A stretch of 64,000 nt of DNA, taken from NCBI RefSeq assembly GCF_009914755.1, contig NC_060942.1; one strand, given 5' to 3'. Shown here piece by piece: positions 13,480 through 29,318 of the stretch. The notes beneath the pieces were generated by a model. It was not told the origin of the DNA. It saw only the letters and a program-made list of their open reading frames with translations, and did no database searches. The DNA comes from the human T2T-CHM13v2.0 reference genome, Homo sapiens. A program made the translations under genes and the position numbers. Position 1 is the stretch's first letter. Every line of letters begins with the position of its first letter.

Positions 13480-14878
13480 ACAAGCTCAATTTGAGACAGA
13501 TTACAGATATAAATACAGAATAACAATGAAGTTTTTAGAAGAAAAAAATTTACAAAACCATCATTGTGACCTTGTAGTAGGCAAAATTTCTTTTAATAGA
13601 ATACAAAAAATTACTAATCATAGAAATTAAAAACAACTACTTTCAAAAGACATCAAGAGTGAAAAGACACTCCATAGGAAGGAGAGAAGATAATCATAAA
13701 GCATATGTCAAAAAAAAGATTCATAGCCAGAATGTATAAATAAATAATTTCTACCAATTAATTTAAAAATCAAACCAATGGAGAAATGGACAAAAAGCTT
13801 GAACAGGGACCTAGGGAAAATGGATATCCAAATGGACAAAAGCACAAAAATTAATTTTGAGGAAATGCAAATTAAAACCGTAATGCCATACACAAAAACT
13901 CAACATAACTATTTTTTTTTTTAAAAAAAGAGAGATAATACCAAATTGTTGGCATGAGTATGGAGTGACTGGGTCTCTCTTGCTTTGCTAGTAAGAATTT
14001 AAATTGGTACAATTGCTTCAGGAAACATTATATAATATCTACTAAAGCTGCACATTGCATATCCTATGATCGAGCAAATCTACCTGAGAAATAAACCCCA
14101 AAGAAATGAGTGCTTATGTCCAACAAAAGACAGGTAATTTAAGTATTACCAATGGCCAGGCACAGTGGCTTAAGTCTAATCCAGCACTTTGGGAGGCTGA
14201 GGTGGGCGGATCATGAGGTCAGGAGATTGAGTCCATACCGGCTAACACAGTGAAACTCCATCTCTATTAAAAATACAAAAAAATTAGCCAGGTGTGGTGG
14301 CACACGCCTAAGAGTCCCAGCTACTCAGGAGGCTGACGCAGGAGAATCACTTGAACTCAGGAGGCAGAGGTTGCAGTGAGCCAAGATTGCACCACTGCAC
14401 TCCAGCCTGGGCGACAGAGTGAGACTCCATCTCAAAAAAAACAAAAAACAAACAAACAAAAAAACACACACACACAAGAAAGTATTACCAATAACATTAT
14501 TGATATGAAGCATAGGATGGATAAGTATATTGTCATATACTCCTACAATGAAATACCATACAGCAACCAAAATGAATAAACTCCAAGTACATGCAACAGT
14601 GTGGATTACCTCTCAGACATATTATTGAGTGAAAGAAGCCAGACATAAATGATCAGACAAAGTTGAATTCATTTTTATAAATCTCAAAAAGAGGAAAAAT
14701 TAATCTATACCATTAGAAATGAGTGGTCTCCTTTAGTTGGAGTAGAAGATAGTTAGCAACCAGAAGGGACTTAGGAGGTACACCTTCTGGAGTCTGTTGA
14801 TATTTTGTTTCCTGATCTGGGTGTTAATTACATGACTGTGTTCACATTTTGGAAATTTCATTGAATATGATTTGTGTA
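13480..14878 (+). mobile_element. Old L1M ORF2-end/3' UTR fragment interrupted by an Alu and an L1PA
   Basis: gaaatgcaaattaaaacc, gagtgaaagaagccagaca. The 3' terminus resumes at about 17000-17050, after the L1PA. Confidence 0.75.
14154..14479 (+). mobile_element. AluS (Sc-like), full length
   Basis: Perfect 13-bp TSD aagtattaccaat at 14141-14153 and 14480-14492. The tail has decayed into (CAAA)/(CA) repeats. Confidence 0.95.
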
Positions 14879-14879
14879 T

Positions 14880-16991
<2,112 letters not shown>

Positions 16992-17981
16992 CTTGAAAAT
17001 TAAATGTGATGTGTGTACTTTTTGTATATGTATGCTATTTTCAATGAAAATTGAAAGACTTATTAAGATTAATACACTCTAAATGTCTCCCTACCCGATT
17101 CCCAAGGTCTGTTTTACGAGAAAGTAAGAATAAAAGTGCATCACTGAAAAAGAAATGTTCTATACTACTTCCCTTTCCTTCTCAGTGTGAAGGTGCCTTG
17201 AATTTAATATGGGAAGTATGTAGTGGGTGGGTAAACATTTCCTTTGCTGAAGGCGTAAAAGTTAGTGATAATCTTCAGTGAAAAGTTTTCTGACATTTCC
17301 CCAGGAGAACGGTTTCTACAGCATCTTCAGCCTAGAAAATATGTGGCCTTCAATACAACCTCTTTTATTGTCATAATGAGGAGAATAGGGTACGTGAGTG
17401 AGGGGCTCCAGATAGAAAATTGCTTCACTTTTTTCAACCAAAACTCACTGTACCACTGCAAGGCTAGGAAAGGAACCAGAAGAAGAGGTATACATAAAGA
17501 ACTCCTCTGTGGAAAACTTTGAAATGCTCACATGTAATGAAGAGACCTAAATTTCTTGGCTAGTGGGGCTCAGCCACAAACTAATGGGGAATGTTGTAGG
17601 GAAGCACTCCTTTCTTTCAACCCATGCCGATCTCCACTGTGCATAAACTCCAGTAACATATTCTAATATATTTACATCTGAAAATAAAGATGTACAAATC
17701 ATTCGAAGCATATATGTGAGTACTCAATGAAATTCTTAAATTGTGGCCTTTACATTTGTGTGTAGAGAAACTTGGCTTGTATGGCTTACTTTCTACGGTG
17801 GCTGGCACAGGGAAGCCATTGCCTGCCATTTTGAGAATCCAGTGTTTTGGCCACACAGGAATCTTACAATCTTGGGTAATACTTTCTGAAAAAAGAAGCC
17901 ATCAGGACAAGAGAGTTCTTTATAGAGAGTTTTCCACAGAAACCTAATCATATATATATATATAGTAAAAATATATATGTG

Positions 17982-18408
<427 letters not shown>

Positions 18409-20199
18409 GAACTACCAGGATACAAAAATAATATTAAACAATATGATATTGTCTATTTTCATTTTCAGGTAACATCTCATCCTCCAATAGTCTCCTTCAT
18501 CCCCCTTTTGCTGTCTCACTAGACTAAGTTCTAACAGCTACTAGGTGGAGAATTGGAGCAGTTATTCAAATAATTCAGGTTCAAAAGACAGGACACAACA
18601 CCATTGACTGATTCATTATTTCTCACAATATTGATTTTATTGGCCTGAATAACCTTAATAAATGTCCACTTGGCCTTGATATTCACATACAAAGACAGCT
18701 TTCAGCAATTATCAAACAAAAGATGAAATTTAAAAATCTTTTGGAGCGTTCAATTCCTTTTTGTCCTACAGCATGAAAGCCAGGCTTTATTTTCATGGCC
18801 ATGTCAATCACTGTGTTACAGACAATATGGTTTAGAAAATGCAGAGGTGGGGTAGAAATTATCCTTGAAACTCTTACTATTTCTAGACCATAAAAAATTT
18901 CTTCATCTGAGCCTGATCAGCATTATCTCAAAACAGACATTTCTGAAAACTAATAATAACATCAGGTATGCTTCAACATTTACATTTCCTATTAAATTGA
19001 AATTTAAACACCTCCTCCTCCTGAAAATGCTGGATATGTGCATATTTAGATAAGTTTTATTAGCTAATGAATTAGATTCCAGGAAAGTCAGCATCTTCCA
19101 AGTCACTAGTTTACATAATTAAAACTCTATTGACTTCATTTGTTATGCAAAATAATGATTTTGGGATTTGGGGATTAGAGGACTTTTGTTAGGGAGCTAG
19201 AATGTGCTGATTTTATGGGCTTCCTTCATAGATTTTGTGACTCACATATACAAAAACAGTTGTTATACATTTCATAAAGGTTTGAGGCAAAGAAAGAAGA
19301 GCTCAGAGTTTGGGGAAAGTATTTTTTTGCAATATTTCTCCATTTATATGTCTGCATTTAATTTTCATTTTCAAGAAAAACAAATAAACTTACAAAAAAA
19401 AACCTCTTAAATGAGGTCCTCTCTTTTTGATCAGGAGGTAACAAGTTCTCTGCTAGTTACAGATAGGGACCTCTGTGTTGGAGACCACCTGATAACATAA
19501 AGACAGACTGTGCAGTGTGGGTCTCTGTGGTTATTTTAGAGCTTCACACTTAAGAAGAAATGTGTCTTCACTCCTTCAGCTATTTCTTGGCATTGTTTAA
19601 TGCTTTAAACAATTTCCAACATATTTAAACACACATGTTCTTACATTCCTCATTGCTGGCCCATGAGCTAGGTAGGGTAGCTTATGAACTCTATTTTTAA
19701 GTGGGAAAACGGAAGTCTAAGGGTCCTGAGGTTTCCAATCTCTGTGGCCAAATTCGCACACAGAGCAGAAGTTGTAACTCATGGCTGGACGCTGTCCTGA
19801 GTCTCTGTGAGTCTGATGTCTGATGTCTTAACAAAACACCTAAGCATGACTCACTCAGTTGAGTCACATGTGGCATATATGAAGGGAAGAATAAAATTGC
19901 GTTTGAGGAATAAGAGGGATCTCTGACTGTACTCAACAATGGCCCTTCAGAGGCAAGAGGAGGAATACTGGAACCTTCTGTATATTTTCTTTTTTAGCTA
20001 TAATTATGGATGCTGATGTGTTTTTATTGTGATCGTTGTTGCTCTGTTGTCCAAGTGATACTTTTCTGATGCCTAGAAAATATGCAAAAACATCTATTTT
20101 AGGTTCATACAGAAAATAATATTACAACTTATATAAATCATGTTGTTTGTTTGATTACTTGCTTAAATGATCAGAAGTTCAATAGATCAGGACAAGAAT

Positions 20200-20340
20200 A
20201 ATTAATCATTCAAAATGTATTTATTTAGTAGTTACTCTGTGCTTTGTTCTGTATTACATATTCTAAAAGATACAGAAATTATAAAACACTGTCTCAGTCT
20301 TGGCACTGACTATGTTTTATGAGGTGAGACACTTATACAT
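20200..20340 (-). mobile_element. L2 fragment
   Basis: tcattcaaaatgtatttatttagtagttactctgtgc... resembles a reverse L2 3' end. Confidence 0.5.
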
Positions 20341-20419
20341 GAGTCCAATAACACTTAAATAATTAAATATATTACTGACAGTAAAGATGAAATAAGAAAT
20401 CAGTATGGTGACAGCCAGT

Positions 20420-22245
20420 ATTAGACAGGGGCTAAATGCAGGCACCCTGCAACTAGACTATCCAGATTTTAAACCCTGGTTGCACCATCCACTAACTCTA
20501 TGGCCTCACTCTTTCATTATTATTATTATTATCATTAATTATTATTATTATCCTTTAAGTTCTAGGGTACATGTACACGACGTGCAGGTTTGTTACATAG
20601 GTATACATGTGACATGTTGGTTTGCTGCACCCATCAACTCATCATTTACATTAGGTATTTCTCCTAATGCTATCTCTCCCCCAGCCCCCCACCCCACGAC
20701 AGGCCCTAGTGTGTGATGTTCCCTGCCCTGCGTCCAAGTGTTCTCATTGTTCAATTCCTACCTATGACTGACAACATGCAGTGTTTGGTTTTCTGTCCTT
20801 GTGATAGTTTGCTGAGAATGATGGTTTCCAGCTTCATCCATGTCCCTGCAAAGGACATGAACTCATCCTTTTTTATGGCTGCATAGTATTCCATGGTGTA
20901 TATGTGCCACATTTTCTTAATCCAGTCTATCATTGATGGACATTTGGGTTGGTTCCAAGTCTTTGCCATTGTGAATAGTGCTGCAATAAACATACATGTA
21001 CATGTGTCTTTATAGTAGCATGATCTATAACCCTTTGGGTATATACCCAATAATGGGATCGCTGGGTCAAATGGTATTTCTAGTCCTAGATCCTTGAGGA
21101 ATCGCCACACTGTCTTCCACAATGGTTGAACTAATGTAGACTCCCACCAACAATGTAAAAGCGTTCCTATTTCTCCACATCCTCTCCAGCATCTGTTGTT
21201 TCCTGACTTTTTAATATTGCCATTCTAACTGGCATGAGATGGTATCTCATTAAGCTTTTGATTTGCATTTCTCTGATGGCCAGTGATGAACATTTTTTCA
21301 TGTGTCTGTTGGCTGCATAAATGTTTTCTTTTCAGAGTGTCTGTTCATAACCTTTGCCCACGTTTTGATGGGGTTGTTTTTTTCTTGTAAATTTGTTTAA
21401 GTTCTTTGTGGATTCTGGATATTAGCCCTTTGTCAGATGAGTAGATTGCAAACATTTTCTCCCATTCTGTAGGTTGCTTGTTCACTCTGATGGTAGCTTC
21501 TTTTGCTGTGCAGAAGCTCTTTAGTTTAATTAGATCCCATTTGTCTATTTTGGCTTTTGTTGCCATTGCTTTTGGTGTTTTAGTTATGAAGCCTTTGCCC
21601 ATGCCTATGTCCTGAATGGTATTGGCTAGGTTTTCTTCTAGGGTTTTTTACAATTTTAGGTCAAACATTTAAGTCTTTATTCCATCTTGAATTAACTTTT
21701 GAATAAGGTGTAAGGAAGGGATCCAATTTCAGTTTTCTACATATGGCTAGCCAGTTTTCCCAGCACCATTTATTAAATAGGGAATCTTTTCCCCATTTCT
21801 TGTTTTTGTCAGGTTTGTCAAAGATCAGATGGTTGTAGATGTGTGGTGTTATTTCTGAGGCCTCTGTTCTGTTCCATTGGTCTATATATCTGTTTTGGTA
21901 CCAGTACCATGCTGTTTTGGTTACTGTAGCCTTGTAGTATAGTATGAAGTCAGGTAGTGTGATGCCTCTAGCTTTGTTCTTTTTGCTTAGGATTGTCTTG
22001 GCAATGTGGGCTCTTTTTTGTTTCCATATGAACTTTAAAGTAGTTTTTTCCAATTCTGTGAAGAGAGTCATTGGTAGCTTGATGGAGATGGCATTGTATG
22101 GCCTCTATCTTAACCTCCCTCTGTCTCAGTTTTCTTATCTGTCAAATATAGATAATAATAACTATTAGTGCTACTGTGAAAATTAAATCTATTAAAACAT
22201 GTAATTTTCAGCGCAGAGTATGTGACCAATTATTGTTTGCTATTA
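20420..22245 (+). mobile_element. MIR split by an L1PA insertion (halves at about 20420-20507 and 22097-22245)
   Basis: Left half tttaaaccctggttgcaccatccactaactc continues as cttaacctccctctgtctcagttttcttatctgtcaaa after the L1. Confidence 0.7.
20512..22096 (-). mobile_element. L1PA (PA6/7-like), 5'-truncated, (TTA)n tail
   Basis: ORF2p C-terminal remnants at 21661-22071, 21345-21602 and 20751-21122. Flanking repeat tatggcctc at 20499-20507 and 22097-22105. Confidence 0.97.
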
Positions 22246-23309
22246 TTATGGGCTGGGACATACCTAGAGGTCTTAGATAGGAGATGAGACTTGGAGTAAA
22301 TTATTTATAATAAAATAATTCGAATGAAGGAGGGAATGGATTCTGGTCAGGTTAGTGACATGAATACTTAAGTAGCTATAGTAGGGATGGAAGTAGCTAG
22401 CTCATGGATTATGAAAAACCAGATCATCAGGAGAAGATGAAGTAAAAAGAGGAGAAATAGTGCTGAATAGATGGGGAGGTTTGGAAAAACTGGCTGTGGT
22501 TCATGAAGAGCTGGCCTGCCAGAAAGCTGGAGCAGGAAGTTTGCTTTGGCTACTGCCTTTAGTCTCTCCTTGGATTCAAAGACATTCATTTACAAAGATA
22601 AGCTGGCTGCATGGTTTTATATTTAATTGTGAACAAAGTAACATAGTTATTTCAAAGAAATTTTAAACTGTAAGAATTAATAGTTTAGTAGTTTATCCAG
22701 AAACTTCCCTGGACAACACTATGAATGAAAGAAAGAAAGCATGAATGAATGAATGAAATCTTTAGTTCATGGAAAGCTATCTTCATGTAGAGTGTTCTGT
22801 TAGCACGGGAACCTCACAGTGTCAGCCCTTAAAGGGGGAATGTGATATATTTTAGAAGTAGTGAAGGTTATGTGCAATGGTCTTTCTTCTTGTTTCTTCT
22901 GGCCACTGTCACTCCTTATGAGTGTCCATTGTTCCAGACCTTTACATTATTTACCATTGCTTCTCCTTCTCCCCCAGTCAATCTTCCCCCAAATTAAATA
23001 TTTCTGACTTATGTTTTAATCATCAATGTATTTCTGGGAAAATTAGCAAATAATATATACAGCAAACAGATAAGGATTCTTTATATTTATTTGCATTGTT
23101 ATATATATATATATTACATTATATTAGTTTATTTCTACATCCTGTTCAATAGATTTTATGGGACAAGCCTGGAAGCTGTGTATATCAATGACTGTCTGTA
23201 GCAATATAAGGAGCTTGCACCAGAATATAAATCTAAATATTGCTTCCCTTCTCAAGAAAGTTGTGTTTCAAAAAAGTCAGTCTGAAATATAAAGAGCTTG
23301 GAATTCATC

Positions 23310-25620
23310 ATCCCCTTCTTTACACCAAAAATGTACTTGAGCAATTTAAAAATCAACAACTTTTTTTTTGGCCGATCAGAGAACTGGGGTTGAAAAGCAA
23401 ACTGGCACCCCAAAATCTGGAAAGGCAGGTATATCTGAGGAGTCACAGCTAAGATCTGCATACCTGAAATGGAAGCCACTGGAGCCATAAACTAGTAAGA
23501 GCACCAATATGGTAATTTTGTCAAATTGCTGGGAGCTGAGTGTGAACTAGTGTGGAAGTGAGAACATATGGGGTTTGGAAGAGTCACAGTCTTAGGGGAA
23601 CTCCCACAATTTTGTGGCTTTACCCCTGGAAACTTCAACATGTTTTCGGAATGAATATCGAAGTAATATTTCCTCACGGTTTGAGGGAAAGGGTGATGAT
23701 GTGAGGAGAGTAACTACTGTGAAATAAGTCCAGAGTGTTCTCCATAATGAAGACTTACTCTGCAGGGAAGAAGATTTTACCAGAGTCTTAGGTCAGCTTG
23801 GAGAAAGGCACTCATTAGAATCCAGCTCCCTCTAGCCTTCCTGTCTCACCAAAGTGGGGAAATACAAAAGCTATACAACAGGAGAAACAGTTGGAAACTC
23901 ATAGCTTGTATACAGCATAGAAGGCCACTAAACGACTGTTCAATCATAAGATTATAGAACATTCTTTCTCCCCCCCCCACTACCATCCTTACCAGTACAC
24001 CAAAAAGGCTCCAGTATAGTAACAGTGTATTAGAGCTGAAAAGGGTGCAAGACACAGACTGTCTCTGAGAAGGACAGAAGAATTGGAGTACTCTTCTATA
24101 AGGTATGTACTTTATATAAAGTGGCACAGTGTTATTTGAGGGAGAACTTATTAGTTGAAAATGTGTATCAGAAGCTCTAGGGCAACCACTAAAATAAACA
24201 AAAAAGAATTGTAATTGATACGATAAGAGAGAAAATAAAATAGAGTAATATGAAATACTAAATTAAAACTAAAGAAGATAGAGAAAGAGTAAAAGCAACA
24301 AATAGAAAATAGTCACATATGCAATAGATATTAATCAAACTATATAGATGATGACATTAAACATGAAATGTCTAAATACACTAATTAAAAGACAGAGATA
24401 AGAAAATAAAACTCAGCTATATGTGGTCTGCAAGAAGCCCACTTTAAATACAAAGACATAGATAGGTTAAATGTAAAGGAATAGATAAAGATATACCATG
24501 CTGACATTAATCAAAATGAATCTGGAATAGCTATATTAATTTAAAATCAAAAAGATGTTTGGGAAAAAATTATTAGAGAAAAAAGAAGCACTGCATGATG
24601 GTAAAGGGATAAATTCTCCAAGAAGACATAAGAATTCTAAATGGATATGCACCTAACACACATGTCAAAATACATGAGGTCGAAACTCATAGAACTGAAA
24701 GGAGAACAGAGAAACCCAGTATTGTAATTAAAGATGACAACACCCCTTTTTCAGTGATAAAATAAAGCGATACATAAATAATTAATAAAATAATGAATAC
24801 ACACATAATAAAAATATTGTTAGATTGTAATTCAAAGTATAAAATAGACATCTGTGAGTCCATGGTAATATAAATAAATGCTTGAGTAAATATATGTGGA
24901 AGAAGAGACTTATCTCCCATGCAAAGTATTCTAATTGATTTATGTAGATACTCTACCCTGAAGGAAGCAGCACACAACCCTCCTCTGTTTAATGTGGGCT
25001 GCACATAGTGATTTCTTCCAAAGACTCCAATGTAGAAAAGGGGAAAAGAATAAGTTTACAGTGGAGAAACCTTACAAAATGATCAAAGCCAAGTGATTGA
25101 GGTAAGCTTCAACAGAGAAACCACGTTGTTAGCATGCACTCTTCATACAATGTGTTAAAAATGGTACTTTACCTCTGTGATCTTTCTCCCAAAAACACAA
25201 TCACAGTCTAATAATGAGTAAAACATTAGAAAATCAAAATAGAGAGACTTTCTACAAAATATTCACCAGCACTCCTCAAAACTGTCCAGGTCATCTTGAG
25301 GAAAGTCTGAGAAACTCTCACAGCAAGAGGAGCTTTAGGAAGCATGACTATTTAATAAATACAAAGTGATATCCTTCATGGGATCCTGGAACAAATAAAA
25401 AGGACATTAAAACAAAAAATAAGGAAATCTGAAATTTCCTTAGCTTATAAAATTACAGACTTTCAGTAATAATAATGTATCAATATTGATTAATTAATTG
25501 TATCAAAAGTACCATATGATCATAAGATGTTAAACATAGGGAAAATGAGTATGGGGTACATGGGAACTCTCTGTAAAATCTTAATTAATTTTTCTAAAAA
25601 ACCAAAACTGTTGGTAAATA
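23310..25620 (+). mobile_element. Old L1M (MC/MD-like) with 5' region, ORF2 endonuclease remnant and 3' UTR
   Basis: Decayed endonuclease motifs (tatgtggtctgcaagaagcccac ~ ICCLQETH; ctaaatggatatgcacctaac ~ LNIYAPN) at 24400-24660. L1MC/MD-type 3' UTR at 24800-25620. Confidence 0.75.
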
Positions 25621-26264
25621 ATTTTTTTAAATAGTCAAACCAGTGCTCTTAATGACATGGAGGAGAGAAATGCTGGTGCAAATATGTTTTTATATTACCA
25701 TAGACCAGTAACAAGTAGTTTGAGTTCATTTTTCTGTTATCCCCACACTTCGGGCAACTCTTGTGTACATCTCTTCTCACATTCCATGAAAAAAACTAAT
25801 CTGATGGTCCCAGTGAAATTCAATGAAAGCTGCAGAATAGTTTTCCTGTGTGATCAGAAGGAAAATGTAGCAGTTTACTGAACTTATAAAATGTCTCTGC
25901 CACATGCTTTCAATGGATCGTTCTGGGAACTTTTGGGAAAAGACTCAAGTGGAGGTCAGGGAGGAAGCCAGAAGCCTGTTTAGCATTCTCCCCTTGCTGC
26001 CCAAAAAATTCCTAGCTCATGTCTGTGACTAAGGGTTTCTTCATCTGAAGGCTTTCCTTGACCTTCCTAGGTACGTCTTTCTGTTTTACACCATCATAGC
26101 ACCAGACACCACAATTGCAATTTTACATTTCTGTGTATGATAGGATAATGTTTGTCTCCACCATTAGATTATAAACTTATAAAAATTATTTAAAATATTA
26201 TAAAATTATTTAACATTTTATTAAAATATAAAAGCATATTAAAAATGAGGGCAGAAACTGGATC

Positions 26265-26658
26265 TTTCACTTGCGTCCCTGTGAAGAGACTACCAAACAG
26301 GCTTTGTGTGAGCAATAAACCTTTTAATCACCTGGGTTCAGGCGGACTGAGTCTGAAAAGAGAGTCAGCAAAGGGAGATAAGGGTGGGGCTGTTTTATAG
26401 GATTTGGGTAGATAAAGGAAAATTACAGTCAAAGGGGATTTGTTCTCTGGTGGGCAGGAGTGGGGGTCACAAGGTGCTCAGTGGGGGAGCATTTTGAGCC
26501 AGGATAAGCCAGGAAAAGGACTTTCACAAGGTAATGTCATCACTTAAGGCAAGGACCGGCTGTTTTCACTTCTTTTGTGGTGGAATGTCATCAGTTAAGG
26601 CGGGGCAGGGCATTTTCACTTCTTTTGTGATTCTTCAGTTACTTCAGGCCATCTGGGC
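26265..26658 (-). repeat. HERV-H 3' LTR7, missing about 58 nt at its U3 start
   Basis: Aligns to the 5' LTR with about 24 differences in about 394 nt (hand count) and stops at catctgggc. ATTAAA poly(A) signal retained at 26323-26328. Confidence 0.96.
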
Positions 26659-26860
26659 AGAGTAAACAAGAGTAAAGCATTTATAAGTAGTTGAGAATGG
26701 AGAATAGGAGTATGACCAGACAGAAGATAGCAGGGATGACTAGCTTTTTGGGGCTCGGCCTAAGTGGTGGGGGTGACTTCATAAAGCCCTGTTACAAAAA
26801 GTAGGGTAAGGACGAACAGACCTAATAGAATGAAGGAATGTGTTAGGCTCATAAGGGTTA

Positions 26861-27720
26861 TTACTGTTTTTCATGAATATGAGTGAGTTTAAGGGAAGTA
26901 GGGGAGAGTACTTGAGACTTCCAGGAGGAAGAGGAGAGATTAGGCTGGCTGTCCAATGGACACAGCTTTATTCTGGAATGGTGAACCCAGTGGGGAGGAT
27001 CCTGCAGGCAGACAGCAGTTGGGGTACTACAGATAACTAAGTAGGGTCCAGTCCATCGAGGTTGTAGAGTTTGAGGGGTCAGATTCTTAACAAGAACTGA
27101 TCGTCCAGCTAGGGTGTCTTCATGTGGCTGGGGATCTGGAGTAGGAAAGAGAAGATTAGCAGCCTGGCGAATTTCCTGTCTAGCCTGTTGGAGGACTGGA
27201 AGATAGTCGCCTAGAGGGCTGGTGTCTGGGATGAGGTTGGGGCCAACCAAGAAAGGGCGTCCATATAAAAGTTCAAATGGACTGTACCCTGTAGCATCTC
27301 GAGGATAGGATCTAATTCTGAAAAGGGCAAGAGGTAAAAGTACTGTCCAATCCTTTTTAAGTTGGAGGCTGAGCTTGGTGAGGTGTGTCTTTAAAAGACC
27401 ATTAGTCCATTCTACCTTTCCTGAAGATTGAGGACGGTAAGGGATATGAAGGTTCCACTGAATACCAAGAGCCTGAGAAACTGCTTGGGTGATTTGACTA
27501 GTAAAGGCTGGTCCGTTATCAGATTGTATAGAGGTGGGAAGGCCAAACCGAGGAATTGTGTCTGACAGAAGGGAAGAAATGACTGCGGTGGCCTTCTCAG
27601 ACTCTGTGGGAAAGGCCTCTACCCATCCAGTGAAAGTGTCTACCCAGACGAACAGATATTTTAGTTTTGGGGCATGTGAGTAAAGTCAATTTGCCAGTCC
27701 TGGGCAGGGGCAAATCCCCG
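26861..27720 (-). pseudogene. pol: HERV-H pol integrase remnant
   Basis: ORF 26861-27250 contains RWTGPYLVI..TPTAV (GPY/F module) and WVHHSRIK. The upstream core is frameshifted. Confidence 0.9.
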
Positions 27721-27947
27721 AGTTTGATGTGTAGGGAAGGGAGGGGGCCTGAACAATCCCTGAGGGGTAGTAGAATAGCAGATGGAACACTGAGAAGTGG
27801 TCTCCTTGAGGATAGGTTTCCATGATGGAAAGGAAATGAGAGGTTCTAAGAGAGGGGCTAGCAGCTTTTAACCTACATGGAAGAGGTTATGAAATGACGA
27901 CAGAATAGAATGGGCCTATGAGGCTGGAAGGAGATATTTTCCTTGGT

Positions 27948-28800
27948 CTAAGAACCATTTGCCTTGTGTGGGAAGAGATTGATAGGTGGAAGTTTCAGCA
28001 GGGGAGTAGGTGGGAGTGACCGATGTGAAGGAGAAAAACTGGTGTGAGGGACACAAGTTGGAAAGCTAGCTGCTTGTCTAGCCACCTTATCAGCATAAGC
28101 ATTGTCTAGAGCAATGGGATCTGATGCCTTTTGATGGCCTTTGCAGTGAATGACTCCATCTTCCTTTGGAAGTAAAGCGGCCTTGAGCAGAGCTTTTATT
28201 AAAAAGGCATTAATGATGGAGGACCCTTGCATAGTGAGGAAACCTCTTTCAGCCTATATAACAGCATGCTGGCGCAGAATATGAAAGGCGTATTTAGAGT
28301 CACTATAAATATTGACACGTAATCCTTTTGCAAGAGTGAGGGCTTGAATTAAGGCAACTAGTTCGGCTTGCTGAGAGGTAGTGGGGCTGGGGGCAGAGTG
28401 GTAGCCTCAATGATAGATGTGGAAGATACTATAGCATAGCCTGCCTTTGCTGGTGAGTGGCGATTAGGCCTGGTGGAACTGCCATCAATAAACTAAATGT
28501 GATCAGGGTGAGGAACAGGAAAGAAGGAAATATGGGGAAATGGGGTGAGTGTCAGGTGGATCAGAGAGATAAAGTCATGAGTGTCAGGTGTGGTATCCAG
28601 AATAATGTGGGAGGCCAGATTGAAGTCCGTGCCAGGAACAATGGTAATTGTGGGAGACTTAATAAAGAGTGAGTATAGCTGAAGAAGTGGGGGAGCAGAA
28701 AGTATATGTGTCAGATATGAGGAAGAAAATAGATTTTGGAAGTTATGAGAAATATAGAGAGTGAGTTGAGCATAGTTCGTGATTTTTAGGGCCCCCAAAA
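27948..28800 (-). pseudogene. pol: HERV-H pol tether/RNase H remnant
   Basis: VIHCKGHQK...NAYADKVARQAA is an RNase H C-terminal motif. Stops and frameshifts are present and I find no RT core. Confidence 0.88.
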
Positions 28801-29318
28801 GTATTAAAGCAGCAGCAGCTGCTGCACGCAGACATGAGGGCTAGGCTAAAACAGTAAGGTCAAGCTGTTTGGACAGAAAGGCTGAAAACAATTTGGTTGA
28901 TAAGGCGCAGATACTGAACTAACCTGTAAGTCTTTTCTGGTTTTAGGACAGGTAAATTGGGGGGAATTGTAAGGAGAGTTTATAGCCTTTAAAAGGCCAT
29001 ACTATAACAGGTGAGTGATAACAGAATTTAATCCTTTTAAAGCGTGCTGTGGGATGGGATATTAGCATTGAGCAGGGTAAGGGTGATTAGCTTTTAATGA
29101 GATGGAAAGGGGTGCATGATCGGTCGCCAAGGAGGGAGTAGAGGTATCTTATACTTGTGGGCTAAGGTGGGGAGATACAAGGGGAGGATGTGAAGAAGGC
29201 TTTGAACTGGGGGAAAAGGTGGCAATGAGGTGAGGCTGTACCCCAGGAATAGTCAGAGAAGCAGATAATTTAGTTAAAGTGTCTCGGCCTGATAGGGGAA
29301 CAGGGCAGGTGGGGATAA

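Noticed and set aside
26170-26245. AT-only stretch next to the provirus as an integration-related structure
   Set aside because: It lies outside the TSD and looks like slippage expansion within the L2.
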